A stretch of DNA of 64,000 nt from Actinomycetota bacterium (GTDB lineage Bacteria > Actinomycetota > CADDZG01 > JAHWKV01). The stretch is from NCBI GenBank assembly GCA_035536315.1, contig DATLOJ010000157.1:617-64616 (forward strand), given 5' to 3'. Position numbers and translations under genes: made by a program. This document shows, in pieces, positions 1 through 9,175 of the stretch; the first letter of the stretch is position 1, and each line of letters begins with the position of its first letter. The notes beneath the pieces are model-generated. The model saw only the letters and a program-made list of their open reading frames with translations. It was not told the origin of the DNA and made no database searches.

Positions 1-1278
1 TTTGAATCGAAGAAGGCCCTCGATGAATATCTCCAGCGCCTTGAAGAGGCCGATCGTCGCGATCATCGCAAGCTCGGGCGGGAGCTGGAGCTGTTCATGA
101 CCAGCCAGGAGATCGGGTCGGGTTTGCCTCTATGGCTCCCCAACGGTTCCACTGTCAGACGGCTGCTCGAGGAATACGTTGTGGAAGAGGAAAGAAAGGC
201 CGGTTACCAGCACGTCTATACACCGCATCTCGGAAAGAGAGAACTGTACGAGACTTCCGGGCACTGGCAACACTACCGGGACACGATGTTTCCGCCCATA
301 GCTCTGGAGCATGAGGAGCTCGTCCTGCGTCCAATGAACTGCCCCCACCACATCGTGATTTACCAATCTCGAGTCCGAAGCTATCGCGAGCTTCCCCTGC
401 GGTTGGCAGAGTTCGGCACGATGTATCGATTCGAGAGGTCTGGTGTCGTCAGTGGCTTGAGCAGAGTCAGGGCGATGAATCTGAACGACGCCCACATCTT
501 TTGCACTGCGGATCAAATAAAGGATGAATTTACCTCGGTCGTCAGAATGGTGGAGAGGACGTACGAAGTGCTCGGGATTACGGAGTACAGATATCGCGTT
601 TCACTTCGTGACCCCGGCGACAAGGAAAAGTACGTAGACAACGACGAAATGTGGGAGCTCGGCGAGCGCGTCCTGCACGAGGTAATGGACGGTCTCAACG
701 TTGACTATTTCGACGCCCCCGGTGAGGCCGCCTTTTACGGCCCCAAGCTCGATATCCAGCTAACCGACCTCCGCGGCCACGAGGAAACGATCTCAACCGT
801 TCAACTGGACTTCCATCTTCCGGACCGGTTCGGTCTCGAGTACAAGGGCGAGGATGGGCAGGCGCACAGACCGGTGATGATTCACAGAGGTGTGATCGGA
901 ACCCACGAGAGGATGATGGCCTACCTCATCGAGCTCTACGCGGGGGCCTTCCCAACCTGGCTCGCGCCTATCCAGGTAGCAGTCATTCCGATCGCCGAAA
1001 GGCACAGCGAGTACGCCGGGGAAGTCGCGACCGCCCTGGAGAACGAGGGGGTCAGGGTCGAGGTCGATTCATCGAACGAAACCCTTGGGAACCGTGTCCG
1101 CAAGGCCAACAACGCAAAGATCCCATACATGTTGATCGTCGGTGACAACGAGATGGAAGCCCGGTCTCTGTCGGTCAGGCGCAGGGGTTCCCGCGAGGAG
1201 CGAAGAGGTGTTCCCATAGGCGACTTCCTCAGTGAAATAGCGGACGAGGTTTCCGAAAAGACTCTGGACCCGTCGTAG
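1..1278 (+). CDS. thrS: threonyl-tRNA synthetase, 3' portion (5' end outside window)
   Basis: Frame 1 is open from nt 1 (FESKKALDEYL...). Class II aaRS core and C-terminal anticodon-binding region are present (RPMNCPHH, FGTMYRFE). The gene sits at the head of the conserved thrS–HIT–pgsA cluster. Confidence 0.93.
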   Translation, partial: FESKKALDEYLQRLEEADRRDHRKLGRELELFMTSQEIGSGLPLWLPNGSTVRRLLEEYVVEEERKAGYQHVYTPHLGKRELYETSGHWQHYRDTMFPPIALEHEELVLRPMNCPHHIVIYQSRVRSYRELPLRLAEFGTMYRFERSGVVSGLSRVRAMNLNDAHIFCTADQIKDEFTSVVRMVERTYEVLGITEYRYRVSLRDPGDKEKYVDNDEMWELGERVLHEVMDGLNVDYFDAPGEAAFYGPKLDIQLTDLRGHEETISTVQLDFHLPDRFGLEYKGEDGQAHRPVMIHRGVIGTHERMMAYLIELYAGAFPTWLAPIQVAVIPIAERHSEYAGEVATALENEGVRVEVDSSNETLGNRVRKANNAKIPYMLIVGDNEMEARSLSVRRRGSREERRGVPIGDFLSEIADEVSEKTLDPS

Positions 1279-1291
1279 TGGGTCTCGGAGT

Positions 1292-1792
1292 GTGAACCGG
1301 CTCTTTCGAGAACGGATGGAATACATAGGGGGACCACCTCAGGACGGCTGCTTCCTGTGCGACGCGGCAACCTCGGAAGATGAGAATGCATCGCTCGTCG
1401 TAATGAAGACGGACCTGTGCGTGGTGATGATGAACAAGTACCCGTACAACTCAGGCCACCTGTTGGTGGCTCCTCTCCGCCACGTGGCGTCGCTTGCCGA
1501 ACTAACCTCTGATGAATCGGCGGACGTGTTGCGGCTGGTCACCGTGGCCACAGCAACTCTCGAGGCCGAGATGAAGGCCGAAGGCTTCAATATCGGCGCA
1601 AACCTGGGTTCGGTGGCCGGGGCCGGCGTCCCAGATCACATCCACTTCCACGTGGTCCCTCGCTGGGCGGGTGACACTAACTTCATGCCGGTGCTGGCCG
1701 ACTCGAAAGTGATCCCTGAGGACCTTACAAAAACCAGGGAGAGACTGAGCGTGTCTTTGGCGCGCCTTGTTGGCAAGGAAGGCCTTACTTAG
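1292..1792 (+). CDS. HIT-family (histidine triad) hydrolase
   Basis: 166 aa with the histidine-triad motif HIHFHVVPR. It sits directly after thrS, as in actinobacterial synteny. Confidence 0.85.
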   Translation: MNRLFRERMEYIGGPPQDGCFLCDAATSEDENASLVVMKTDLCVVMMNKYPYNSGHLLVAPLRHVASLAELTSDESADVLRLVTVATATLEAEMKAEGFNIGANLGSVAGAGVPDHIHFHVVPRWAGDTNFMPVLADSKVIPEDLTKTRERLSVSLARLVGKEGLT

Positions 1793-3884
1793 AGGCCTTT
1801 GCTTCCTGCGCCTCGGCAACTATCCGGTCGGCCAGGTGCGCTGGGACCTCTTCGTAATGTGAGTAAGTGCTGCTGAACGTCCCCTGGCCCCCGGTCATCG
1901 AACGCAGGTCGATCGCGTAACGCGCGATCTCGGACATCGGTACCTTGGCCTTGATCAGCTGCCTTGCCCCAACGGCATCGGTTCCCTGAATCCTTCCGCG
2001 TTTGGAGTTGAGATCTCCCATAACGTCCCCGAGGTGGCCCTCGGGAACGAGAACCGTCAGGTCCATGATCGGCTCCAACAGAACCACCCCCGCGTTTGCG
2101 GCGGCATCCCGAAAGCCGAGTGAGCCGGCAATCTGGAAGGCCATGTCGGAAGAGTCGACCGCGTGGTACTTACCGTCGACCAGGGTGACTTTGACGTCTA
2201 CGACCGGGTAGCCCGCAAACACGCCGTCCGACATTGCTTTGTCTATCCCCTTCTGAACAGATCCTATGAACTGGCTGGGGATCGCTCCTCCGAAGATTTT
2301 GTCTATGAACTCGAAACCCTCGCCTCTTGGTTTGGGTTCGATCTCGAGATTGCAAACGCCGTACTGTCCATGTCCCCCACTTTGTTTCACATGGCGTCCG
2401 ATTCCCTTGCCGGGGCCGGCAATCGTCTCTCGGTAAGGGATCCTCAAGGGGAGCTCTTCTACCTCTACGCCGAACTTCCTCTTCAAACGCTCGATGGTCA
2501 CTTCGAGGTGCGTCTCACCCGTTCCCCACAGAAGTGTCTGATGGGTCTCCGGATTCCTTTCGACGAATAGCGACTTGTCCTCTTCTTGGATTCGATTGAG
2601 GCCCGTCATGAGCTTGTCTTCGTCGCCCTTGGTCTTCGGTGCGATGGCTTTGGCCAGCGACCGGTCGGTCTCTTCGAGCGGTGGGTACACAATTGGATTG
2701 GCCTTGTCCGCGAACGTGTCGCCGGTGTGTGTATGGGCCAGTTTGGCTACGCCGGCGATGTCACCTGCGGGGACCTCCGAAAGCGCTTCCTGCGCCTTGC
2801 CTCGCAGGGTGAACAGTTGAGCGACTCGCTCGTCGGACCCGTTGGAAGCGTTGTGAATTGTGGAGTCCGGCCTGAGCCTCCCCGAGATCACCCTGAATAG
2901 AGAAATCCTGCCCACGTAAGGGTCCGAGATTGTCTTGAACACAAACGCCGAAAATGGATCTTCCGGTGTTTGGTTGCGTAGCACTTCTTCTTCTGACTTC
3001 GGCTTCGTGCCGACCGCGGGGCCACGTTCGAACGGCGCCGGACCCATTTCCACGATTACGTCCGCCAGCCTGTCAATGCCCACTCGCTTCGTGGACGAGC
3101 CCACGAGTACGGGAAAGACTGAGCCGCTGAGCAGCCCTTGATGAAGGCCGGTCGAGACTTCCTTCTCAGTCAGCTCTTCGCCGGCCAGATACTTCTCGAG
3201 GAGAGCATCGTCGGATTCCGCGACCGAGTCCAGGATTTTGGTGTGAAGTTGGTGGGTCTCGGTTAGCAGAGCCTCGTCCATCTCCTCTTCACTGACGGTG
3301 CCTGTCTCGTCATACCGATAGGCCTTCTCCTCGAGGATGTCGGCGATCCCGTGAAAGTCATGTTCTTCACCGAGTGGAAGGTCGACCGGGGCGAACCCAC
3401 CGCCAAGCCTCTCGGACAGCTGTTCGAGAACCTTGTGAAAATCCGCGCGTTCTCTGTCCAGCTTGTTCACGAATGCAATCCTGGGGATGCCCAGCCGGCC
3501 GGCGTAATCCCAGAGAATTTCATGCTGAACCTGTACGCCATCCACCGCGGAGACGACCATTACGCCGAGGTCGGCGACCCGGATGGCTGCCATTGCATCG
3601 CCTTGAAAATCCGCATAGCCGGGGGAGTCCAGAATGTTGAGCTTGTGGCCCTTCCATTCGACGGGAGCCATCGAAAGGGAGATCGAGAGAGTCTTTTTGA
3701 TCTCTTCCGGTTCGAAGTCGGAAACGGTGTTCCCCTCGGATATGGAGCCCATTCGGGTCGTTGCTTTGGCGACGTGGAGAAGGGACTCCAGCAGGGTGGT
3801 TTTACCGGCCCCGTGCTGGCCGAAAAGGACGACGTTGCGGATCTTTTCCGGGGGGTAGTTGTTCACGTTCTGGGCGGCGGACAT
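1785..3884 (-). CDS. EF-G-like translational GTPase (EF-G paralogue, fusA2-type)
   Basis: The N-terminal G domain has the P-loop GQHGAGKTT and an NKLD motif, followed by the EF-G domain II–V architecture over about 700 aa. Start is taken at the internal Met (MSAAQN...). The gene overlaps the HIT gene convergently by 8 nt. Confidence 0.85.
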   Translation of the reverse strand: MSAAQNVNNYPPEKIRNVVLFGQHGAGKTTLLESLLHVAKATTRMGSISEGNTVSDFEPEEIKKTLSISLSMAPVEWKGHKLNILDSPGYADFQGDAMAAIRVADLGVMVVSAVDGVQVQHEILWDYAGRLGIPRIAFVNKLDRERADFHKVLEQLSERLGGGFAPVDLPLGEEHDFHGIADILEEKAYRYDETGTVSEEEMDEALLTETHQLHTKILDSVAESDDALLEKYLAGEELTEKEVSTGLHQGLLSGSVFPVLVGSSTKRVGIDRLADVIVEMGPAPFERGPAVGTKPKSEEEVLRNQTPEDPFSAFVFKTISDPYVGRISLFRVISGRLRPDSTIHNASNGSDERVAQLFTLRGKAQEALSEVPAGDIAGVAKLAHTHTGDTFADKANPIVYPPLEETDRSLAKAIAPKTKGDEDKLMTGLNRIQEEDKSLFVERNPETHQTLLWGTGETHLEVTIERLKRKFGVEVEELPLRIPYRETIAGPGKGIGRHVKQSGGHGQYGVCNLEIEPKPRGEGFEFIDKIFGGAIPSQFIGSVQKGIDKAMSDGVFAGYPVVDVKVTLVDGKYHAVDSSDMAFQIAGSLGFRDAAANAGVVLLEPIMDLTVLVPEGHLGDVMGDLNSKRGRIQGTDAVGARQLIKAKVPMSEIARYAIDLRSMTGGQGTFSSTYSHYEEVPAHLADRIVAEAQEAKASK

Positions 3885-3963
3885 TAGCACATGGGTCGGA
3901 CCGCGGGAGAATGCACACACAAACTCAAGAGATCTCGAGAAGGGCCTGCGCGTGCTGACGAAG

Positions 3964-4575
3964 ATGCTGAGAGGAGCGGTTCAAAAATTGACTCTTCCCC
4001 TCGGCCGCGGGCTGGCGGGGGCAGGTATCACGCCCAACATGGTTACCTTCGTCGGGTTTGCAGTGGTGGTCATCGCATGCGTCTTCATAGTGATGGGAAG
4101 CCAGCTGGTTGCCGGACTGATTCTCACGGCGGGCGGGCTGCTGGACGCTGTCGACGGAGCCGTCGCGCGGGGATCGGGAAAGATCACAAAGTTCGGCGCA
4201 TTCTTCGATTCCACCCTCGACCGCCTTTCAGATGCACTGATGGTTGGATCGGTCGCGTGGTTCTTTGCTACGTCCTCCGTCTCGGCCGTGCCTGAGTGGG
4301 CGGCGGCGTGGGCAACGAACGAGGTTGCCGCTGCTGCTGCCGGAGCGGCCCTGGTCTTCGGATTCATGACTTCCTACATAAGGGCCCGGGCAGAAGGTCT
4401 CGGTTTCAGCTGCGAGGTTGGAATTGCCGAGCGCACGGAGCGCGTTGTGCTGGTCGCGGCGGGACTGATTTTGAACCTGCTGTTCCCCGCAATCATCATT
4501 CTGGCGATCCTGAGCGCGTTTACTGCGGCGCATCGATTCATCCATGTGCGCAATCAAGCGGCTGGAGCGGGATGA
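3964..4575 (+). CDS. pgsA: CDP-alcohol phosphatidyltransferase (phosphatidylinositol-phosphate synthase-like)
   Basis: Carries the CDP-OH phosphotransferase motif DAVDGAVAR...G..FDSTLDR and several transmembrane segments. Start is moved to the ATG at 3964, downstream of the longer ORF. The stop overlaps the next gene start as ATGA. Confidence 0.85.
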   Translation: MLRGAVQKLTLPLGRGLAGAGITPNMVTFVGFAVVVIACVFIVMGSQLVAGLILTAGGLLDAVDGAVARGSGKITKFGAFFDSTLDRLSDALMVGSVAWFFATSSVSAVPEWAAAWATNEVAAAAAGAALVFGFMTSYIRARAEGLGFSCEVGIAERTERVVLVAAGLILNLLFPAIIILAILSAFTAAHRFIHVRNQAAGAG

Positions 4576-5504
4576 GCCGCTCGAGCCCGTTCGCCGAGGG
4601 ACTTGGTCCGGCAGCCGTTTACTTCGCCTTCAGGGCGGGCGCATTCGTCGCAGAGGCGCTTCCCCCCCGAGTGGCGTCCGCGCTTGCGAGGGCGGGGGGA
4701 TTGCTTGCGCACCGCATTGCTCGGAAAAAGCGGGCTGTGGTCGCCCGGAACTACGCGCGGGTTACCGGGGAGGGGCCGCACATACGAGCCCTGGTGAAGG
4801 AGGGTTTTGTGTCGTACGCGCAGTACTGGCTGGAAACCTTTCGACTGGGCAGGTATTCAGTAGCGGAACTCCACTCCATGGTGGCGATCGATGAAGCGTC
4901 CCTTGCAGCAATCAACGACGCATTCGCTGCTGATCGCGGCGTCGTCCTGGCGACGGGTCACATCGGCTTCTACGACCTGGGCGTCGCCTGGATCGGAACA
5001 ATGGGCTGGCCGTTCACAACGGTTGCGGAAGTACTGAAGCCGAGGGCCTTGTTCGAGTGGTTCGCTGAAATCAGGCAGAACAGGGGCATGGGGGTCATTC
5101 CGGCAAAACCCGGGCTTCAGGCAAGGGGAAAGCTGAGGACGTTGATCGAAAGCAAGGAAGGCGTGGCTTTGCTCGCCGACAGGGATCTTGGAAGAAGAGG
5201 GATTTGGGGTGAATTCTTCGGTGAGAAGACCACCTTCCCAGCTGGCCCGGCCATCCTTGTTTCACAAACCAAAGCATCGCTGCTGGTCGGGGCAATTGTG
5301 CGGGAAGGTGCAGGTTTCAGAGTGATATTCCGTCCGGCGGAGATTGAGTTCACAGGCGTCGAATCAGATGATCTCTCGCTTGTTGTCGACGCTATTGCGA
5401 AAGGGTTGGAGCAAATCATCTGCAGTTATCCGGAGCAGTGGCATTTGTTTTCCACCAACTGGCCTTCTGACGAACCGCACCTTTCGCCCCGCGGACGCGG
5501 ATGA
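4572..5504 (+). CDS. lysophospholipid/lipid A-type acyltransferase (HtrB/LpxL family; PIM acyltransferase-like)
   Basis: About 310 aa with an LPLAT fold. It lies between pgsA and pimA, as Rv2611c does in mycobacteria. ATGA overlaps couple it to both neighbours. Start is taken at M93 of the long ORF (MSRSSPF...). Confidence 0.75.
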   Translation: MSRSSPFAEGLGPAAVYFAFRAGAFVAEALPPRVASALARAGGLLAHRIARKKRAVVARNYARVTGEGPHIRALVKEGFVSYAQYWLETFRLGRYSVAELHSMVAIDEASLAAINDAFAADRGVVLATGHIGFYDLGVAWIGTMGWPFTTVAEVLKPRALFEWFAEIRQNRGMGVIPAKPGLQARGKLRTLIESKEGVALLADRDLGRRGIWGEFFGEKTTFPAGPAILVSQTKASLLVGAIVREGAGFRVIFRPAEIEFTGVESDDLSLVVDAIAKGLEQIICSYPEQWHLFSTNWPSDEPHLSPRGRG

Positions 5505-6577
5505 AGGTCGCGCTCGTCTGCCCGTACGACTGGTCGTATCCAGGCGGCGTCCGAAGTCACATCTCTGGCTTGGCGGCTGCATTGACGACACTCGGTGTCG
5601 ATGTGACGATCATCGCCCCATCGAGCAGGCCGGAGACCGGAATCGTGCGCGCCGGTTCAACTTTCGGCGTTCGAGCAAATGGGTCTACTGCTCGAATCTC
5701 ATTCTCGCCGTCCTCAAAGCGGAAGGTGCGATCTGTTATCGAAAACGGGGGGTACGACCTCGTGCACGTTCACGAACCTTTGATACCGAGCGTCTCTCTA
5801 CTCGCACTCAATGCATCGCCCGTCCCATGTGTCGGGACCTTCCATACAAGCCGTGCTTCGAGCATTGGGTACAGGCTTGCAGGCCCTGTGCTCAGGAGAG
5901 CGGCTTCGAGGCTCAGGGGGCGCATCGCGGTTTCCGAGAGCGCAAAAGACTTTGCCGCCAAGTACTTTCCGAGCGACTACACGATCATTCCCAACGGGCT
6001 CGATACCAGGCGATTTCGAGAGGCCCCGAGGGCGCGCGAGCTGGAAGACTTACGGCCCCTGGTCTTGTTCGTGGGGCGGGGAGAGCCGCGCAAGGGCCTT
6101 CCGGTTCTGCTGAAGGCAATGGAAGACCTGCGCCAGACGATGGATGTGCGTTTGGTTACGGTTGGTCCCACCGTTTCACGCCGGGATCCCTGGATCACTT
6201 CGATGACCCGTGTCTCGGACGAGCGCCTTCCTTCCATTTACCGGTCCGCAGATGTCTTTTGCGCTCCATCCCTTGGAGGCGAGTCGTTTGGGATTGTGCT
6301 GGCCGAGGCCATGGCCGCTGAGGTTCCTGTGGTTTGCTCGGACCTGCCGGGCTACCGCGAGGCAGCCGGGGAGGCTGCGCTGTACTGCACGCCGGGAGAC
6401 CCGGATCAGCTGCGTGTTCGCCTGGCGGAAGCGCTGGATCCCGTGAAACGCAAGGAGATGATCGAAGAGGGCATCCATCGATCCAAGCAGCTCGACTGGT
6501 CCGGTTTGAGCGCCCGGATATCTCTTATGTATTCCAGGGCACTATCATCGGCACAGCACCTCGAGAAGGGGGAGTAA
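5501..6577 (+). CDS. pimA: GT4 glycosyltransferase (phosphatidylinositol mannosyltransferase PimA-like)
   Basis: 358 aa with the GT4 fold and an EX7E-type C-terminal region (GESFGIVLAEAMAAEVPVV). It takes the position of mycobacterial pimA. Confidence 0.8.
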   Translation: MKVALVCPYDWSYPGGVRSHISGLAAALTTLGVDVTIIAPSSRPETGIVRAGSTFGVRANGSTARISFSPSSKRKVRSVIENGGYDLVHVHEPLIPSVSLLALNASPVPCVGTFHTSRASSIGYRLAGPVLRRAASRLRGRIAVSESAKDFAAKYFPSDYTIIPNGLDTRRFREAPRARELEDLRPLVLFVGRGEPRKGLPVLLKAMEDLRQTMDVRLVTVGPTVSRRDPWITSMTRVSDERLPSIYRSADVFCAPSLGGESFGIVLAEAMAAEVPVVCSDLPGYREAAGEAALYCTPGDPDQLRVRLAEALDPVKRKEMIEEGIHRSKQLDWSGLSARISLMYSRALSSAQHLEKGE

Positions 6578-6580
6578 AAG

Positions 6581-7138
6581 TTGGAACTTGGCCTTGGTCT
6601 AATCCTGGCAGTCGTCGGTGGCGCAGTCGTTCTCTGGGTCATTGCCACGTACAACCGCATGCGTGTCATCTCGAACCGAGTCGACAACGCATGGAGTCAG
6701 GTCGACGTGCAGCTCAAGAGACGCTACGACCTCATCCCAAACCTGGTTAATACGGTCAAGGGGTACGCGGCTCACGAGCGCGAAACTCTTGAAAACGTAA
6801 CCAAAGCAAGAGCTATGGGAATCGAAGCGAAAAGCGTTCCCGAGCAAGCACAGGCAGAGAACATGCTGACTCAAGCTCTACGACAGATCTTTGCGGTAGC
6901 GGAGGCATACCCTGATCTGAAAGCCAACCAGAACTTCCTGGCGCTCCAAGAGGAGCTGACTGCCACCGAGGGCCGGATTGCGTTCGCCCGCCAGTTTTAC
7001 AACGACACTGTTTTGAAGTTCAACAATACGATTCAGATATTTCCGAACGTATTGGTTGCGGGGATCTTTGGTTTCAAGAAAAAGGATTACTTCGAGATAG
7101 ACGAGGGATCACGGGGGCCGGTAGCAGTCGAGTTCTAG
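6581..7138 (+). CDS. lemA: LemA family protein
   Basis: 185 aa with an N-terminal transmembrane helix followed by the LemA conserved region (YNRMRV..NAWSQVDVQLKRRYDLIPNLV). Confidence 0.85.
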   Translation: MELGLGLILAVVGGAVVLWVIATYNRMRVISNRVDNAWSQVDVQLKRRYDLIPNLVNTVKGYAAHERETLENVTKARAMGIEAKSVPEQAQAENMLTQALRQIFAVAEAYPDLKANQNFLALQEELTATEGRIAFARQFYNDTVLKFNNTIQIFPNVLVAGIFGFKKKDYFEIDEGSRGPVAVEF

Positions 7139-7177
7139 TAGCGCACTGAAGTACCCCCGACTGGAATCTCAAGTCTC

Positions 7178-8065
7178 ATGTACGAGCAGATAGCCGCAAA
7201 CAAATGGCGCTCGGCCCTGCTGATCATCGGTTTCATCATTGTTGTCAGCGGTACCGGCTGGCTCTTTGGAGAGGCATCGGGGGCCGGACCTTTCGGCCTC
7301 GTCCTGGCCGTCTTGGTCTCGACGGCGATTGCCTGGACGAGTTACTGGTATTCGGACCGGATCGTATTGAAGATGAGCAAGGCGAGGCCCGCCAATCTGA
7401 CAGAACACGCCCGTCTGGTGAACATCGTCGAAGGCCTTTCCATTGCCGGAGGCATTCCTGTTCCGAGGGTGTATGTGGTCGACGATGCTGCGCCGAATGC
7501 ATTTGCGACGGGAAGGGACCCCGAGCATGCCGCGATCGCGGTCACGACCGGTCTGATTGAAAAGATGAACAGGGTCGAGCTCGAGGGGGTCATCGCACAC
7601 GAGATGGCCCACATCATGAACCGGGACATACTCGTCTCGACAATTGCCGTGGTGCTTGCGGGCGTTGTCACACTTCTTTCCGATTGGATGCTTAGAGGCT
7701 TCTGGAGAATCGGGGGCCGCGGCCGGCGTGAGCTCGGTCTGATGATCGGCTTGATCGGGCTGGTGGTAGCGATCATCGCTCCCATAGTCGCCCAGCTCAT
7801 GAAGCTGGCGATTTCCCGGAAGCGCGAGTCGCTCGCCGACGCCAGCGGAGTGAAACTGACTCGTTACCCTCCTGGATTGATTGCGGCCCTGAAGAAGCTT
7901 CAGGGGGATTCGACGGTGGTCAGGACCTCGAGCAGAGCAACCGCTCACCTTTGGATTGAATCTCCTCTCGACCGGCAAGGTGGCGGCGCGGCGTCGTGGC
8001 TGAACCGCTTGTTCAACACCCATCCTCCGATTGAGGAGCGAATCCGAGAGCTGGAGGAGCTCTAA
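7178..8065 (+). CDS. htpX: M48 zinc metalloprotease HtpX-like
   Basis: HEMAHIMNRD (HExxH) plus several transmembrane segments. Adjacent to lemA. Confidence 0.85.
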   Translation: MYEQIAANKWRSALLIIGFIIVVSGTGWLFGEASGAGPFGLVLAVLVSTAIAWTSYWYSDRIVLKMSKARPANLTEHARLVNIVEGLSIAGGIPVPRVYVVDDAAPNAFATGRDPEHAAIAVTTGLIEKMNRVELEGVIAHEMAHIMNRDILVSTIAVVLAGVVTLLSDWMLRGFWRIGGRGRRELGLMIGLIGLVVAIIAPIVAQLMKLAISRKRESLADASGVKLTRYPPGLIAALKKLQGDSTVVRTSSRATAHLWIESPLDRQGGGAASWLNRLFNTHPPIEERIRELEEL

Positions 8066-9159
8066 TGAACCAGGGGTCCGTGCTAACCTCGATCTCAATG
8101 CGCCGTCTTGCCGTCCTGCTGTTTCTCGTGCTGTTTGCGGCGGGGTGCAACTCAGGGAAGTCGTCCGACAACCCCCGCGCGACCAAGACGACACCTCCGC
8201 CCGGCCCGGTTTACTGCCCGCTCACGGGGGCCGAGACCACCCGGGACTTCGATCTGGACCGGCCGGCTCTCGGAGTCAAGGTGGAGAACTCCACGGCATC
8301 GCGGCCTCAGGCCGGCCTCGAGGGAGCAGACATCGTGTACGAAGAGCTCGCGGAGGGTGGGATCACTCGCTTCCTGGCGATCTACCACTGCAGCGATGCA
8401 GATCCCGTAGGGCCCATTCGCAGCGCCCGGCTGGTCGATCCGGACATCATGCTGGAGTACCAGCCCGCACTTCTCGCCTTCTCCGGCGCCAATGCGGAGG
8501 TCAAGAAGAAAGTCGCGGAAACTCGAGGCATCACCGGGCTGCGGCACGGCGATCACGGCGACGCGTTTTACCGTGACAAGGGCAGGAAGGCTCCAAGCAA
8601 CCTTTTCAGCACGACGGAAGACCTGCGTGGCCTTGCCGACCTGCGAGGCAGGCCGCAGACCGGGCTGCAGTTTCAAAAGCCGGGTGCAACGCCCCCGGCC
8701 CCCAACCCCACGCAGTCGAAACCTGGTTCTCCTGCTCCGCCGCCGCCCGCCGATCCGGGGGCCGGGGCTACGGTGTCGTTCTCCTTCTCAGGGTCCTCCA
8801 CCAGCAAGTACACATTCGATGCTGCGACCGGCTCCTACCTGCGATCCCACGGCGACACGCCGCATGTGAACGTAAAGGGTGACCAGCTCCGCGCAGTGAA
8901 CGTCGTGATCCTCAAGGTCAAGGTGACTGCCGGCACTCTCAAAGACGCGGCGGGCAACACCTCGCCCGAGATCGCGGTTGTGGGCGAGGGAGAGGCGATA
9001 GTCGTCAGAGGGGGCGCTTCATACACCGGCACTTGGAAGAGGCCCGACCTTCAGTCGAAAACGACGATAACGGACGCTTCGGGCGCCCCAATCCTCATGC
9101 TGCCGGGGAGCACCTGGATACATCTGCTTCCTCAGGAGAGGCCCGTCACGCTGGGCTGA
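8065..9159 (+). CDS. DUF3048-family lipoprotein
   Basis: Signal peptide with lipobox (LFAAGC). A DUF3048-like N domain (CPLTG..., KVENS..QAGL..ADIVYEE) is followed by a Pro-rich linker and a C-terminal domain. Confidence 0.65.
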   Translation: MNQGSVLTSISMRRLAVLLFLVLFAAGCNSGKSSDNPRATKTTPPPGPVYCPLTGAETTRDFDLDRPALGVKVENSTASRPQAGLEGADIVYEELAEGGITRFLAIYHCSDADPVGPIRSARLVDPDIMLEYQPALLAFSGANAEVKKKVAETRGITGLRHGDHGDAFYRDKGRKAPSNLFSTTEDLRGLADLRGRPQTGLQFQKPGATPPAPNPTQSKPGSPAPPPPADPGAGATVSFSFSGSSTSKYTFDAATGSYLRSHGDTPHVNVKGDQLRAVNVVILKVKVTAGTLKDAAGNTSPEIAVVGEGEAIVVRGGASYTGTWKRPDLQSKTTITDASGAPILMLPGSTWIHLLPQERPVTLG

Positions 9160-9175
9160 AGCGACCGGCTTTAGG

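Noticed and set aside
7169-8194. 341-aa antisense ORF across htpX and the DUF3048 gene. Similar long antisense or alternate-frame ORFs occur at 26458–27396, 55651–56535, 58585–59910 and 5344–6321.
   Set aside because: These overlap strongly supported conserved genes on the other strand or frame. Their composition is Arg/Pro/Gly-rich, typical of GC-rich off-frame translation.
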